From a virus (lineage: Duplodnaviria > Caudoviricetes): a stretch of DNA of 64,000 bases. The notes under the pieces were generated by a model. The model searched no databases and was not told where the DNA came from. It saw only the letters and a list, made by a program, of their open reading frames with translations. Made by a program: the position numbers and the translations under genes. Below are positions 26,930 to 37,001 of this stretch, piece by piece; positions within the stretch are counted from its first letter, which is position 1, and each line of letters starts with the position of its first letter. Where the stretch lies: positions 64,001 to 128,000 of IMG/VR virus record IMGVR_UViG_3300033555_000001; one strand, written 5' to 3'.

Positions 26930-28510
26930 ATGTATTCTCTTTTCTGGCGCTCGCCAGCTCTACCATTTCTACAAAAGAACACGGCAATTGCTGTGCCAGC
27001 AGGCTCAATTGTTTCAAACGCGGCGTCACTGCGTTTTACCGGCAAAGGCGCATCAAACTACGGCAAAGTGCAGCAAGAAAATCTCTTGCGGTTGCTTGAA
27101 AATTTTGCTGGGCCAACAGCGCCAGAGTATTCAACCGTTGGCCAGGTTTGGTATGACACAGATGTCACAACGCTTAAAGTAATGGTGCGTTCTGCTCCCG
27201 AGCCTGATGCGTGGCGCTCTCTTAATTCAACACAAATTACTGGTATTGGTGAGGGTCCGCCAAGTCCAGCAAGTTTAGGTGATACTTGGTTTTCGCGAAC
27301 TGGCTCAGCTTCAGGCATTCAGTACGTGTACACGGGAATTGGGCGCTATCCACAAACAGGCAATGAAATCGGCGGGTGGGAGCAAGTATTTCCAACTGTT
27401 GAACGCGCTGCCGGCCGCGAAGAATATGACTACATGCTGGGTCTGTTAAAAACACTGATTGGAGACACGTCTGAATCGGGCGGCAGTGGTGCGTTTAATC
27501 GGGCAATTGCCAATCTTACTGACTTTGATTTGCTTGATGCAAGTTTGGTAGAAAAATTTAACAGCCTCTTGCCTCTTGACAGAAACGTCCTCAGCTCTGG
27601 CGCAAACAGCAGCCTCTTAAAAGTAGACCCAAACTCAAACGACTGGGATTTTTTACTGAGCGCTGCAAAGTACGCAATTAACAGGCTAGACGTGCCGCTT
27701 GGTTATCTTACTGACGTGAGCCCAGTGCCGTTTGTCACTGACGGTCGTGCACCACCGTCAGCTCTTAAGGAGCTGGATCCAATTAACCCACAGTATCCTG
27801 ATGCACTGCGTTTATCCAGCAGAAAAACCGGTACTATTGCGCTTGGGCGGTACTACCAAGAAACGGTAAACGTCTTGCGCACGGCTGAACGAGTCAGATA
27901 CTTGTTAAAAGGCATGCAAGGAGCCAGTTTTTCTGACACTGTAGAGCCCACCTCTGTTGGCGCGTTTACTTATTCTGGTCAGTTTACAACTCCGGTAACT
28001 CACGGGCTGTTGTACCGGTTTGACCAGGCCAGTCGCGCACGGTTCTTTTTTGCAGGTGGCGCTCTCACATTTGCTGGTACACACGCACCAGGTTCAGCGC
28101 CAACTGCTGCTGACATTGACCTTAAAACTATACTGGAAACTCACGGCAGAATTAGATTTACTGCTGATAGAACTTTTATACTTGACGGTGCTAACTCGCC
28201 AGCGCTTGCTGTACAGCCAATAAACTTAGGATTCAATGATCTGACCCTGGGATCAACGGTACTTGCGGTGTTTAACGTTGGTGCTGCCACAATCAGATTC
28301 TCTGCAAACCTCGTTGATGGTGTGGAGTCTGGGATTGAGGATGGCGTTAACCTGGTAATTGAAATCACCACAACGGCGGGAACCACTGGCGTAACAACCG
28401 TTGAGTGCGGCTATATTAGCGATGGTGAACTCTTTAACAGCCCGCCAGTTCGCGTGTATCCACAACCGCTGGCTCTTACTGCAACTGACAGGACTGGTCA
28501 GTTCGCATAA
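26930..28510 (+). CDS. Virion structural (baseplate/tail-associated) protein
   Basis: GKG-SNYG-VQQENLLRLLENFA-P-VGQVWYD N-terminal motif seen in large-myophage structural proteins; late box; AAGGAG. Confidence 0.7.
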   Translation: MYSLFWRSPALPFLQKNTAIAVPAGSIVSNAASLRFTGKGASNYGKVQQENLLRLLENFAGPTAPEYSTVGQVWYDTDVTTLKVMVRSAPEPDAWRSLNSTQITGIGEGPPSPASLGDTWFSRTGSASGIQYVYTGIGRYPQTGNEIGGWEQVFPTVERAAGREEYDYMLGLLKTLIGDTSESGGSGAFNRAIANLTDFDLLDASLVEKFNSLLPLDRNVLSSGANSSLLKVDPNSNDWDFLLSAAKYAINRLDVPLGYLTDVSPVPFVTDGRAPPSALKELDPINPQYPDALRLSSRKTGTIALGRYYQETVNVLRTAERVRYLLKGMQGASFSDTVEPTSVGAFTYSGQFTTPVTHGLLYRFDQASRARFFFAGGALTFAGTHAPGSAPTAADIDLKTILETHGRIRFTADRTFILDGANSPALAVQPINLGFNDLTLGSTVLAVFNVGAATIRFSANLVDGVESGIEDGVNLVIEITTTAGTTGVTTVECGYISDGELFNSPPVRVYPQPLALTATDRTGQFA

Positions 28511-28528
28511 TCATCCTTATCTCCTGAG

Positions 28529-28557
28529 TGTACTTTAGTGCTGACTTATCTTAAAAT
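28529..28557 (+). promoter_or_regulatory. sigma70-type promoter TGTACT-N17-TAAAAT
   Basis: Same AGTGTAC -35 as 23407, 42049 and 54489. Confidence 0.75.
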
Positions 28558-28589
28558 CAGCATGACTGCACACAAAGGAGATATATCTT

Positions 28590-28877
28590 ATGAAACGTGT
28601 TCCAATTATCAGCGTTGGCCAAGTTTACTTACACGGCGATTTAAATCAGTATTTGGTTGTTACTAAATCGACTGGCGGAGACGTTCAGTTCAGGGGGATT
28701 GGCTTTAGTGGTATGAACGAAGCTGAAGTATTTCTTGGACGATTCCTGCCAGTAGATCCCTGCGATCTCTCAGACGACGAGTGTATTGAGCTAGTAAACC
28801 TGTTACCAGAGCAATACGACACCCTGTTAATGGGTTGGATACACGGCTGGACTGGTGAGGATGAGGACGAATTGTGA
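28590..28877 (+). CDS. Hypothetical protein
   Basis: AAGGAG RBS. Confidence 0.8.
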   Translation: MKRVPIISVGQVYLHGDLNQYLVVTKSTGGDVQFRGIGFSGMNEAEVFLGRFLPVDPCDLSDDECIELVNLLPEQYDTLLMGWIHGWTGEDEDEL

Positions 28878-29035
28878 TTAGTGCAGTCTCAATTTTTGTT
28901 CTAGCTGCGCACTCCGCCGTTATTGCGACCTGTGCCGCACGTTGCGGCCATGACACATTTGCTGCAGTGGCGTTTTACGTATCGGCCGCAGTGTTTAGCC
29001 TGTCCAGCGCTGCTGGAATAGCAGGAATTCTTTAG
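28874..29035 (+). CDS. Small hydrophobic protein (53 aa)
   Basis: GTGA overlap; two hydrophobic segments. Confidence 0.55.
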   Translation: MISAVSIFVLAAHSAVIATCAARCGHDTFAAVAFYVSAAVFSLSSAAGIAGIL

Positions 29036-29043
29036 GAAAAAAT

Positions 29044-29544
29044 ATGGCTCGCAAAATACTCTCTAGCCGCCCGACAGAGGACAGCAATCTTTCAATTTTG
29101 CAGGAGCTGTTGTTTGCGGTGAAACAAATGCTTGACTACGAGGATGATCCAATTCCTGGTGACTTGGACGCCACCATCTTGGCGCTGGATGAAGATGTTA
29201 TTGAACTGTTAGTAGAATACAGCGATCTGCACCATGACTATTCAAACGCCAGGGGCGACAACATGGTGATGACCATACGAAATAGCGCGCTTGAAATAAA
29301 TCTGGAGCAAAAAACCGCAGTGATGGATGAGTTGTTAAAGCCAATAGATCCCAATGGAGAAATTTTATCTGACGCGCTGGGTGTCCTTATTTATTCGGGC
29401 AGCGCAAAAACAGAAACGGAACTATCAGAAGACGGCTCTGTTACTGCAGTGTTTTCTTTTACTGAAGAGGATCTGCGTCAAGCACTGGCGCAGGCAATAG
29501 AGTCGTATGTGGTTGATACACAAAACGAGTTTACTGGCAAATAG
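29044..29544 (+). CDS. Acidic hypothetical protein
   Basis: AGGA RBS; long ORF. Confidence 0.75.
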   Translation: MARKILSSRPTEDSNLSILQELLFAVKQMLDYEDDPIPGDLDATILALDEDVIELLVEYSDLHHDYSNARGDNMVMTIRNSALEINLEQKTAVMDELLKPIDPNGEILSDALGVLIYSGSAKTETELSEDGSVTAVFSFTEEDLRQALAQAIESYVVDTQNEFTGK

Positions 29545-29593
29545 CACAGTACCACCAAAAATAAAATAAGGCTCTTTGAGCAGAAAAGAAATC

Positions 29594-30700
29594 ATGCACA
29601 CGCTTATCGTACTGTGTCACCTGCGCTGGGATTTTGTTTGCCAGCGCCCGCAGCACTTGCTCACACGACTGTCACAGTTCTACAATGTAGTTGTAATAGA
29701 AGAGCCGGTTTTTAACGATAAATCAGAGAGCGCTGTTGATTTTTTAAAGATCATGCGGCCCGCTGACAACATCACAGTGTACCAGCCGCATACGTCAGTA
29801 AGCGAATTTGGTTTTCATGACGAGCAACTCGCGGCAATGCGGCCACTGCTGCAGAATCTAATAGCTGATGGCAGCCCGCAGGTTGTATGGTTTTACACCC
29901 CAATGGCGCTGCCATTGTTGGACTGCTTTAACGCTGAAGCAATTGTATACGATTGCATGGACGAGCTCAGCGCGTTTAATAACCCACCACCGCAATTGCT
30001 GGAGCGTGAGGCTGTCCTGTTAAAAATCGCAGATTTAGTCTTTACTGGTGGGCCAAGCTTGTACAAAGCCAAACGCGACCGCGCTAAAAGCGTGCACTGC
30101 TTTTCAAGTAGTGTTGATGTTGCGCACTTTAAGCGAGCACTAAATCGCTCGGAACCGCATGAAGCGCTTGCAAATATTCCTGGCCCACGCCTTGGATTTT
30201 ACGGCGTAATTGATGAACGGTTTGACCTTGAACTAATAAAAACTCTTGCTGATCTAAAACCAGACTGGCAAATAATTCTAATAGGCCCAGTGGTAAAAAT
30301 AGATCCGGTAACTCTGCCACAACGCGCTAATATTCACTATTTGGGCCAGCGCACTTACGACGAGTTACCACTGTTACTTGCGGGCTGGGATGTGTGCCTG
30401 CTGCCGTTTGCACTTAACGCGGCAACAAAATTTATTAGCCCAACAAAAGTGCTTGAGTACATGGCTGCTGAACTGCCAATTGTGAGCACCAAAATTACAG
30501 ACGTTTATGAACCATACGGCCACGTGGTGCAGATTGCGGATGACGCTATTAGCTTTGTGGAATGCTGCCACCGCGCGCTAGACATGACAGTACCTGAAAA
30601 AAGAGAAATGGTTGCAAAGATGAGGATAGTGTTGTCACGCACTTCATGGGATAAGACCTCAAAGGAAATGCAAGTTCTGATAGAAGCCAGTTTAGCTTAA
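29594..30700 (+). CDS. GT-B fold glycosyltransferase (GT4-like)
   Basis: HLRWDFVCQRPQHL, VYDCMDELSAF, LGFYGVIDERFD, FISPTKVLEYMAA-PIVST. Confidence 0.9.
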   Translation: MHTLIVLCHLRWDFVCQRPQHLLTRLSQFYNVVVIEEPVFNDKSESAVDFLKIMRPADNITVYQPHTSVSEFGFHDEQLAAMRPLLQNLIADGSPQVVWFYTPMALPLLDCFNAEAIVYDCMDELSAFNNPPPQLLEREAVLLKIADLVFTGGPSLYKAKRDRAKSVHCFSSSVDVAHFKRALNRSEPHEALANIPGPRLGFYGVIDERFDLELIKTLADLKPDWQIILIGPVVKIDPVTLPQRANIHYLGQRTYDELPLLLAGWDVCLLPFALNAATKFISPTKVLEYMAAELPIVSTKITDVYEPYGHVVQIADDAISFVECCHRALDMTVPEKREMVAKMRIVLSRTSWDKTSKEMQVLIEASLA

Positions 30701-30714
30701 TTATTAGATCAAAT

Positions 30715-30752
30715 AAAAACGCCTGAACTATTTTACTAGTTCAGGCGTTTTT
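30715..30752. terminator. Bidirectional intrinsic terminator
   Basis: AAAAACGCCTGAACTA/TAGTTCAGGCGTTTTT 16-bp stem between convergent genes. Confidence 0.9.
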
Positions 30753-30769
30753 AGTATTGAGAAAAAGAA

Positions 30770-31246
30770 TCAGGGACTTGGCAGTTTCTTGGGATTAGAC
30801 AGTACGTTCTCAGCGCCATATTGATTTCTTAAAGCAAGAGCAAGATTTGCTTCAAGCCTTTTGGCTTCTTTTACGGTCAAATTTGTCTGCAGCACTGCCA
30901 TCTCAACAGTGATGGCAGTCACGCCCTGCAAGTACGCCTCATCAAAAATTTTAATAAAGCAACCAGTAAAACTAACCCTATTGATACTGGAAATATGCTT
31001 TTGAAGCCGAATCTTTGGCTTACCCGTGGTTTCACCAGCGTAATAAAGCTCTCTATTAGAACCGCCGTGTAAAGTTAATTTAAGCTGGTATACAGAGCTT
31101 GTATTCTCTATTACTAAATGCTCGCCGATAATTTTACGCCCGACAGGAATGCCCATCATATAATCAATCCATGGTGATTGGAAAGATGTTAGGCGTTGCG
31201 GTATCTTACTGGGCTGATCACGTACAATTTTTAAATTTCTTTTCAT
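30770..31246 (-). CDS. Divergent GIY-YIG-like nuclease domain protein
   Basis: SVYQL...LYYAGET...IRLQKH...RLEANL; TATAAT (minus strand) at 31281-31286. Confidence 0.55.
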   Translation of the reverse strand: MKRNLKIVRDQPSKIPQRLTSFQSPWIDYMMGIPVGRKIIGEHLVIENTSSVYQLKLTLHGGSNRELYYAGETTGKPKIRLQKHISSINRVSFTGCFIKIFDEAYLQGVTAITVEMAVLQTNLTVKEAKRLEANLALALRNQYGAENVLSNPKKLPSP

Positions 31247-31303
31247 TGCCGTACTCTATTAGTTAACTCGGCATAGCTCTATTATACTGTTTCAGCGCTG
31301 GCA

Positions 31304-31349
31304 ACCGTTACACTTTTCTTGGATCATTAACCCGAAATGGTGTTAAGAT
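31304..31349 (+). promoter_or_regulatory. ACCGTTACACTT box plus extended -10 TG-T-TAAGAT
   Basis: Box 31304; -10 at 31344 (40 bp). Confidence 0.7.
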
Positions 31350-31383
31350 GTCTCTATTGCAGCTAACAAATACTGAGAAAATC

Positions 31384-31683
31384 ATGCAAATAGCAGAACG
31401 AATTAATTCTAAACTGTTCGCGTTTGACAGTGTAAAGCGCCAGTTTAAAGCTCGTCATGATGTGCTGCGTATCATGGGGCACAAGCCCTTTGCTCGGCTC
31501 TATTCTGAGAATGCGCGCATTTCAGAAATTGGTTTTTTCTTAGCATCACAGCGCACCGGCGTAGCACAGTGCTTTTTATTTGTGCGTGTACTTCGCAGTG
31601 GTGATCGTGTAACTGGTTGGTTGTTTAAGCCACTGCTCAACACTGGTGCAACTGGCGTAGAGTTAATTATTACTAACGATTAA
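31384..31683 (+). CDS. Hypothetical early protein
   Basis: Start moved from 31348 to 31384 because the predicted -10 overlaps ATG 31348. Confidence 0.7.
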   Translation: MQIAERINSKLFAFDSVKRQFKARHDVLRIMGHKPFARLYSENARISEIGFFLASQRTGVAQCFLFVRVLRSGDRVTGWLFKPLLNTGATGVELIITND

Positions 31684-31718
31684 ACCTGTGATAAGATGCC
31701 TGAACACACGGAGGACTC

Positions 31719-32999
31719 ATGCTTTTAAATGTGGCTAATCTTCAGAATTATTATCGGCTCGGATACAACGTCTTGCTTGAGGGTGAAGCGGGCGTGGGTA
31801 AAACCGCGGTAATTTCTCAGGTGTTTGAAGGGCTGAACTGGAAGTATTTCAGCGCAAGTACACTTGACCCATGGGTAGATTTTGTCGGCATTCCACGCCA
31901 CGTAAAAGATGAAAAACTAGGTGATGTGATTGACCTAGTGCGGCCGCGATTTATTGTTGAAGATAATGTTGAGGCTATTTTCTTGGATGAGCTGAACCGC
32001 GCGCCGGACAAAGTGCTCAACGCGGTGATGGAGCTTATTCAGTTTAAAAGTATCAACGGTCGTAAACTGCATAACTTAAAAGTAATCTGGGCTGCCATTA
32101 ACCCAGCGGACGATCAGGGTGATTACACCGTATCGCACCTGGACAAGGCACTGCGTGATCGGTTCCACGTGCAAATTCAGGTTCCGTATAAATTAGACGA
32201 GAATTATTTCAAGACAAAGTATCCTCAGACTGCTGATGCGTTTATTGCTTGGTGGTGCGATTTACCAACAGCAGTGCAGAAAACAGTATCGCCACGGCGG
32301 TTGGATTACGCGGCGGCGGCCCATGAGAACGGCTGTTTACTCTCGGACTTTTTGCCGGCTGAATCTAACATAGGCAAGCTTAAAAAGGCAATCAAGGCTA
32401 TTCCATTTCAGGAACAGCTCTCAGAATTACTGAGCAAAAACGATGCCACCTCTGCTGGTAATTTCCTGGCCGAAATTAACCACGCCACAAAACTGCTCTT
32501 GCTGATCAATCAAAAAGATCCTACTGCGGTTCAGTTTTATAAGAAGTTCGGCGCTGTGTTGCCAAAAGAGCTGGTAAACGCGCTGGCGCCGCAGATTAGC
32601 GCTTTTGAATCCGGCGCGCGAATTACTACCTTCAATGAACTACTGCCAGTGCTGAATGGAAAAGCTGGTGAAGTTGCTATTACGCAAGAGATTAATAGCG
32701 TTGCGTTTGCGTACTCAAATGAAACACTGCACGATGCAGTAAAACGCGAGGTTGCCAGCCCCTCCATCGGGCTTAGAAAATTAGTCAACCATATGACTCT
32801 TGTAATGTCTAGAGCACCCGAGCCAGTATTGCGGGCTGCAATGTTTAAGCCAGGTACTTGCGAGCGGTCTAATTTTGCCGCATTGGCGCTGTTTATTGCT
32901 GACGCTGACAAAACTTTTGCCCTGTTTTCTAGAGAGGATCGCAAGAAAATTAACTCACACACGTATGCCTTGAAGTGCGCCGCGTCAAAGTGGATGTAA
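31719..32999 (+). CDS. MoxR-like AAA+ ATPase
   Basis: VLLEGEAGVGKT, IFLDELNRA, AAINP, LDKALRDRF; GGAGG RBS. Confidence 0.9.
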   Translation: MLLNVANLQNYYRLGYNVLLEGEAGVGKTAVISQVFEGLNWKYFSASTLDPWVDFVGIPRHVKDEKLGDVIDLVRPRFIVEDNVEAIFLDELNRAPDKVLNAVMELIQFKSINGRKLHNLKVIWAAINPADDQGDYTVSHLDKALRDRFHVQIQVPYKLDENYFKTKYPQTADAFIAWWCDLPTAVQKTVSPRRLDYAAAAHENGCLLSDFLPAESNIGKLKKAIKAIPFQEQLSELLSKNDATSAGNFLAEINHATKLLLLINQKDPTAVQFYKKFGAVLPKELVNALAPQISAFESGARITTFNELLPVLNGKAGEVAITQEINSVAFAYSNETLHDAVKREVASPSIGLRKLVNHMTLVMSRAPEPVLRAAMFKPGTCERSNFAALALFIADADKTFALFSREDRKKINSHTYALKCAASKWM

Positions 33000-33000
33000 T

Positions 33001-34323
33001 ATGAAGAGCACATTTAACTCAAGTGACACTGTAGCTCTTACCAGAGAAGAACTGCTTAAAATCAGTTTGGACTTGGAGCAGTATCACCGGGTATTCGACG
33101 CATTTTGGAACATGAGCCAGGTATTTTTTACTACTCGCGCGAATATCCGCACTGCAGCCGTGTGCTTTCCGCCGCATCAAAAGCCTCACATGCTGCTTAA
33201 CCGTAAATTCTGGGACTCACTAGACAACAACGGCCAGCTGTTTGTGATCTTGCATGAGTGCCTACACGTTATGTTGGACCATGGGCTCAGGAACGCACGT
33301 CATGTCACAGGAGCTACCGCACGCAAAATCAACATTGCTCAAGACATTACCATTAACGAGATGATTGCCGGGTTGTTTGGTTTTCCGCGCGGCTTGCTGC
33401 TAGGCTGGGAAAAATACTGCTGGATTGACACATGTTTTAAGAACCCAGAAACTATTGAGCACAATCAAGTATTTGAGTACTACCTTAGAAAGCTGATTGA
33501 ACAGGGTGCAGATCCTGAGGTGAGCACCGTTGATGATCACCGCGGATCCGGCGAGGATAGCGGTCCTGTTGATGATGAGGCCAACACTGCTGATGGCAGT
33601 CAAGAGGTTGAAAATAGCGATGATGGCGATCCAGATGACGCAGCGCAGGAGCTCGGTACTTACCTGTCTGCCGACGAGCTTGAGGCTCTACTGAAGCGCA
33701 CAGGTCCTGAGGGCGGCGCAGGTATTAAACACTCGCCATTTAGAACGGTGCTAGAAAAAATGGTGCCACCACGGTTAGATTTCAACACCATTGTGCAGCG
33801 CCTTAAACGCTCAGCAAAATCAAAAGAACAGCGCGCTGACCAGTCTTTTACTCGTGAAGACAGGCGCTTTAATTCTCTGCCCCGCAGCCTAAGCTTGCCA
33901 GGTAGTATTGATCGCAAACCAAATAACAACAAGCTTATTACGGCCGTGTTCTTTGACGTGTCTGGGTCGTGCATGCAACACATAAACGCATTCTCTGCAG
34001 TTAAAGATGCCTTTGAAAAAGAGACAAAGTTATTTGAAATGCGTGCGTACACCTTTGATACTGCGATTGCACCGGTAGATTTATCTGGCGATATTAGGAT
34101 TGGCGGTGGCACAGCATTTCATATTATTGAAGCAGAGTGCCAGCGAATAATGATGGAAGATGGCCGGTATCCTGATTGCGTGGTTGTTATTACCGATGGT
34201 TACGGCACTGCAGTTCACCCCGCTTACCCTGGTCGGTGGGTCTGGTTGCTCACGCCTGATGCAACTACCAAATTTATTCATAGTGCGTCCGGCGCTTGGG
34301 CAATCTCAAAGGTTACTTTTTAA
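33001..34323 (+). CDS. DUF2201-type metallopeptidase-like + VWA-like protein
   Basis: LHECLH (HEXXH), NIAQDITIN, FDVSGS MIDAS-like, GGGTAF, VITDGY. Confidence 0.88.
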   Translation: MKSTFNSSDTVALTREELLKISLDLEQYHRVFDAFWNMSQVFFTTRANIRTAAVCFPPHQKPHMLLNRKFWDSLDNNGQLFVILHECLHVMLDHGLRNARHVTGATARKINIAQDITINEMIAGLFGFPRGLLLGWEKYCWIDTCFKNPETIEHNQVFEYYLRKLIEQGADPEVSTVDDHRGSGEDSGPVDDEANTADGSQEVENSDDGDPDDAAQELGTYLSADELEALLKRTGPEGGAGIKHSPFRTVLEKMVPPRLDFNTIVQRLKRSAKSKEQRADQSFTREDRRFNSLPRSLSLPGSIDRKPNNNKLITAVFFDVSGSCMQHINAFSAVKDAFEKETKLFEMRAYTFDTAIAPVDLSGDIRIGGGTAFHIIEAECQRIMMEDGRYPDCVVVITDGYGTAVHPAYPGRWVWLLTPDATTKFIHSASGAWAISKVTF

Positions 34324-34333
34324 TCGCAGCCTT

Positions 34334-34397
34334 GTTACACTTTTCAAGAAACCGTTACACTTCTCTAGTTTTCTCTGGCCGGATCCTGAGATATAAT
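34334..34397 (+). promoter_or_regulatory. Tandem GTTACACTT boxes plus -10 TATAAT
   Basis: GTTACACTT at 34334 and ACCGTTACACTT at 34351; TATAAT at 34392 (41 bp). Confidence 0.8.
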
Positions 34398-34427
34398 TCT
34401 TCTTGTCAACAAGAGAGGAATTAAAGA

Positions 34428-35426
34428 ATGTCTAAATCATGCGCCGTACAATTCAATCAAACCGCAGGTCGCTGGGAAGCGATTTTCGCCGGTAAAGTTC
34501 TCTCCTCAAGCACGGATGTTGTTGGTGGTAAAGACTATATTATTCGCGTTATTGAGGGCGGCTTCAGCAAGAAAGCTCGCGTGCACAGTGTTACTAAATG
34601 CCAAATTATTGAATCCCAAATAACACCAAGTGCTGGTATTGAAACCTCCGCCCCAGTTGCTGTTGAAGTCTGCGCAGTTGAAAAAGAGTTCTTAATTAAC
34701 GAACGCTTCCAGATCATGGAAGACTATGTTGACATGGTTGCTGCACGCAGCCTTGCATCTACCATTGTTACTGGCGAGGGCGGCCTTGGTAAGACGTACA
34801 CCGTGATGAAAGCGCTGCGAAACAGCGGATTAAAAGACATTACTAAAATGGACATTGGCGCCAAATTTGACGGCCAGCGTGGTTATGTGGTTGTAAAGGG
34901 CTACAGTACTCCTAAGGGTTTGTTCCGCACTCTCTACGAGAATCGCAATCAAATCATTGTGTTTGATGATTGCGACAGCGTGCTCAGAGATCCAGTCGCC
35001 GTAAACATTCTAAAAGCCGCGCTTGATTCGTATGAAGAGCGTGTGGTAACGTGGAACGCAGAGAGCTGGAGCAACAGCGAAGATTTGCAAAAGAGCTTTG
35101 AGTTCACTGGTGGTGTGATCTTTATCTCAAACATGCCAAAAGCCAAAGTGCCGCAAGCAATTCGCTCACGCGCCATGTGTGCCGATGTTGGCATGACACG
35201 TGATGAGGTAATTGAGCGCATGCAGGTAATTGTTAACTCTGAAGAGTTCATGCCTGAGTTTGACGCTGAAATGAAAGAGGAAGCACTACAATTTGTTACT
35301 GAACACGCTTACCACCCGCTTATTACCGAACTTAACCTGCGATCCCTTGTAAACGTGATTAAGGCACGAGCTGCAAAGCCTGATTCTTGGAAGCGGCTGG
35401 GATTATATTCAATGGCCAACGGCTGA
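34428..35426 (+). CDS. AAA-family ATPase with N-terminal extension
   Basis: TGEGGLGKT, IIVFDDCDS, IFISN, AIRSR. Confidence 0.85.
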   Translation: MSKSCAVQFNQTAGRWEAIFAGKVLSSSTDVVGGKDYIIRVIEGGFSKKARVHSVTKCQIIESQITPSAGIETSAPVAVEVCAVEKEFLINERFQIMEDYVDMVAARSLASTIVTGEGGLGKTYTVMKALRNSGLKDITKMDIGAKFDGQRGYVVVKGYSTPKGLFRTLYENRNQIIVFDDCDSVLRDPVAVNILKAALDSYEERVVTWNAESWSNSEDLQKSFEFTGGVIFISNMPKAKVPQAIRSRAMCADVGMTRDEVIERMQVIVNSEEFMPEFDAEMKEEALQFVTEHAYHPLITELNLRSLVNVIKARAAKPDSWKRLGLYSMANG

Positions 35427-35440
35427 TGTTTGGAGGAACT

Positions 35441-35659
35441 ATGAATCTTTCTAGAAGCCAGTTAAAAGATCATGCACTGCACTTGAAGTGCACAACCTGC
35501 GGCCATGAACAGACCGTTATTCCGGCCGCAGGAATTGTGGAAGAAGACGGCGACATCTGTTTTTACTTTGGTTCTTCAGCTCACTTCTGCGATGAATGCG
35601 ATGGTGGTGTGTTAGACGGAATGCGGGTGACCCACTGCGATTTTAAAAAGAGGAACTGA
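35441..35659 (+). CDS. Small Zn-ribbon protein
   Basis: CTTCG...CDECD; GGAGG RBS. Confidence 0.75.
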   Translation: MNLSRSQLKDHALHLKCTTCGHEQTVIPAAGIVEEDGDICFYFGSSAHFCDECDGGVLDGMRVTHCDFKKRN

Positions 35660-35660
35660 T

Positions 35661-36146
35661 ATGCTCTATACCCCTCAAGAACCGTGTGAGCCTGGCACCC
35701 CTGGCAAGTGCCCGCTCTCTCACGATGCAGTCACCCACATGCCTCCCGGCAAGTATTTCATCGGAGATCCTGGACTGGTACTTGATAGCCTATGGGACGA
35801 GGTACTTGAAGCAACTCAAGTTTTTGATCAACACCGAACTTCACTCGCTGGATTCGAGCTTTGGGGCGCACGCACAGCTCAGTCCTTCAAACACGTCTTC
35901 ACAGATCAAAATGATGCCGAGTATTATGTCTATGATGGTGTACTTGGCTGTGTTCCTATTGAGCTCATCGAAGATCCGCACGGAGAGGATTTTGGCACGG
36001 TTGTCGATGCTCCTCTTGGGCTAGAAATATCAGTCTTTAAGGGCGTGTTTAGATTTGGCGATATTGTTATCAACACTAATCTGCCTCAAGAAGACAGTAA
36101 TAATGGGCACGACCTTGATCCAGAGGACGACCGGTTGGTGCCGTAG
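35661..36146 (+). CDS. Hypothetical phage protein
   Basis: PGKYFIGDPGLV, GVLGCVP; GAGGA RBS. Confidence 0.8.
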   Translation: MLYTPQEPCEPGTPGKCPLSHDAVTHMPPGKYFIGDPGLVLDSLWDEVLEATQVFDQHRTSLAGFELWGARTAQSFKHVFTDQNDAEYYVYDGVLGCVPIELIEDPHGEDFGTVVDAPLGLEISVFKGVFRFGDIVINTNLPQEDSNNGHDLDPEDDRLVP

Positions 36147-36170
36147 AGGGGCAATAAATATCCTAAACAC

Positions 36171-36602
36171 TTGGAGAATATTTTGCCTGAAAAATTGCGG
36201 AACAGCCTTATTCACAAAGCGGCGGCGGGTTTATTAGTTATTGGTTATCAATTAAAAGAACTCCTAGATGCCTATGATTTTTTTGCTGAGCGCTATCCGC
36301 CCGAATCGCTGTCAGACGAAATGGTGCTGCGAGATCTAGAAATTTCTATTATTGCGCTTGGCTATTTGCCGCATCAAGTAGCTGCTACAGTAACTGCGTG
36401 GCAGAAAAACGAGGAGCAAGAGCTCAGCGTTATGGGGTTTGAAGTCAATGTGCTCAACGAGCTAGCAGTGCACTTGCATACTATTTCAAGCTTCATGACT
36501 ACTCGCGACGTTAAAATAGATTACAAACCGCTGTTGATCAATGAAGCTTTTACGGCACTTAGAGTTGCAAATAGACTAATTGCGCACTCCAGAACTGCGT
36601 AG
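36171..36602 (+). CDS. Hypothetical protein
   Basis: TTG start 10 nt after TAAATA 36155-36160. Confidence 0.7.
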   Translation: MENILPEKLRNSLIHKAAAGLLVIGYQLKELLDAYDFFAERYPPESLSDEMVLRDLEISIIALGYLPHQVAATVTAWQKNEEQELSVMGFEVNVLNELAVHLHTISSFMTTRDVKIDYKPLLINEAFTALRVANRLIAHSRTA

Positions 36603-36677
36603 ACCTGAATTCTCTTAAACCATTTACTGCTGCAAGTTGTTAAAATTAATCTTTCAATAACCTACTGAGAGATACAA

Positions 36678-36971
36678 ATGGCGCGCGCTAAAACTGGGTA
36701 CCCACGGGGCAGGCAACGCAATGGTGAAACCCGGCCAACGATCCCAAAAAACGTGCGGCGCTGCGCGCGTCGTGCTGAACGTATCGCTGCTGAACCAAAT
36801 TACGCTGGGAAATTAGCAGAAAATATGCGCACCTGGCGTGCTAATAATCCAGAGCGCGCGAAAGAGATCTCAAGGAATGCTTATCTTCGCAAGAAAAATT
36901 GGGACACCTGTGGCAATAAGTTTGGGGTAGCTGGTGACTTCACCGTTAAACGAAAAGCTAAAAAGGCTTAA
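36678..36971 (+). CDS. Highly basic small protein
   Basis: Arg/Lys-rich; RTWRANNPER motif. Confidence 0.7.
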   Translation: MARAKTGYPRGRQRNGETRPTIPKNVRRCARRAERIAAEPNYAGKLAENMRTWRANNPERAKEISRNAYLRKKNWDTCGNKFGVAGDFTVKRKAKKA

Positions 36972-37001
36972 TTAATTTCTTGCACCTAAATCAAAAATAA
37001 A

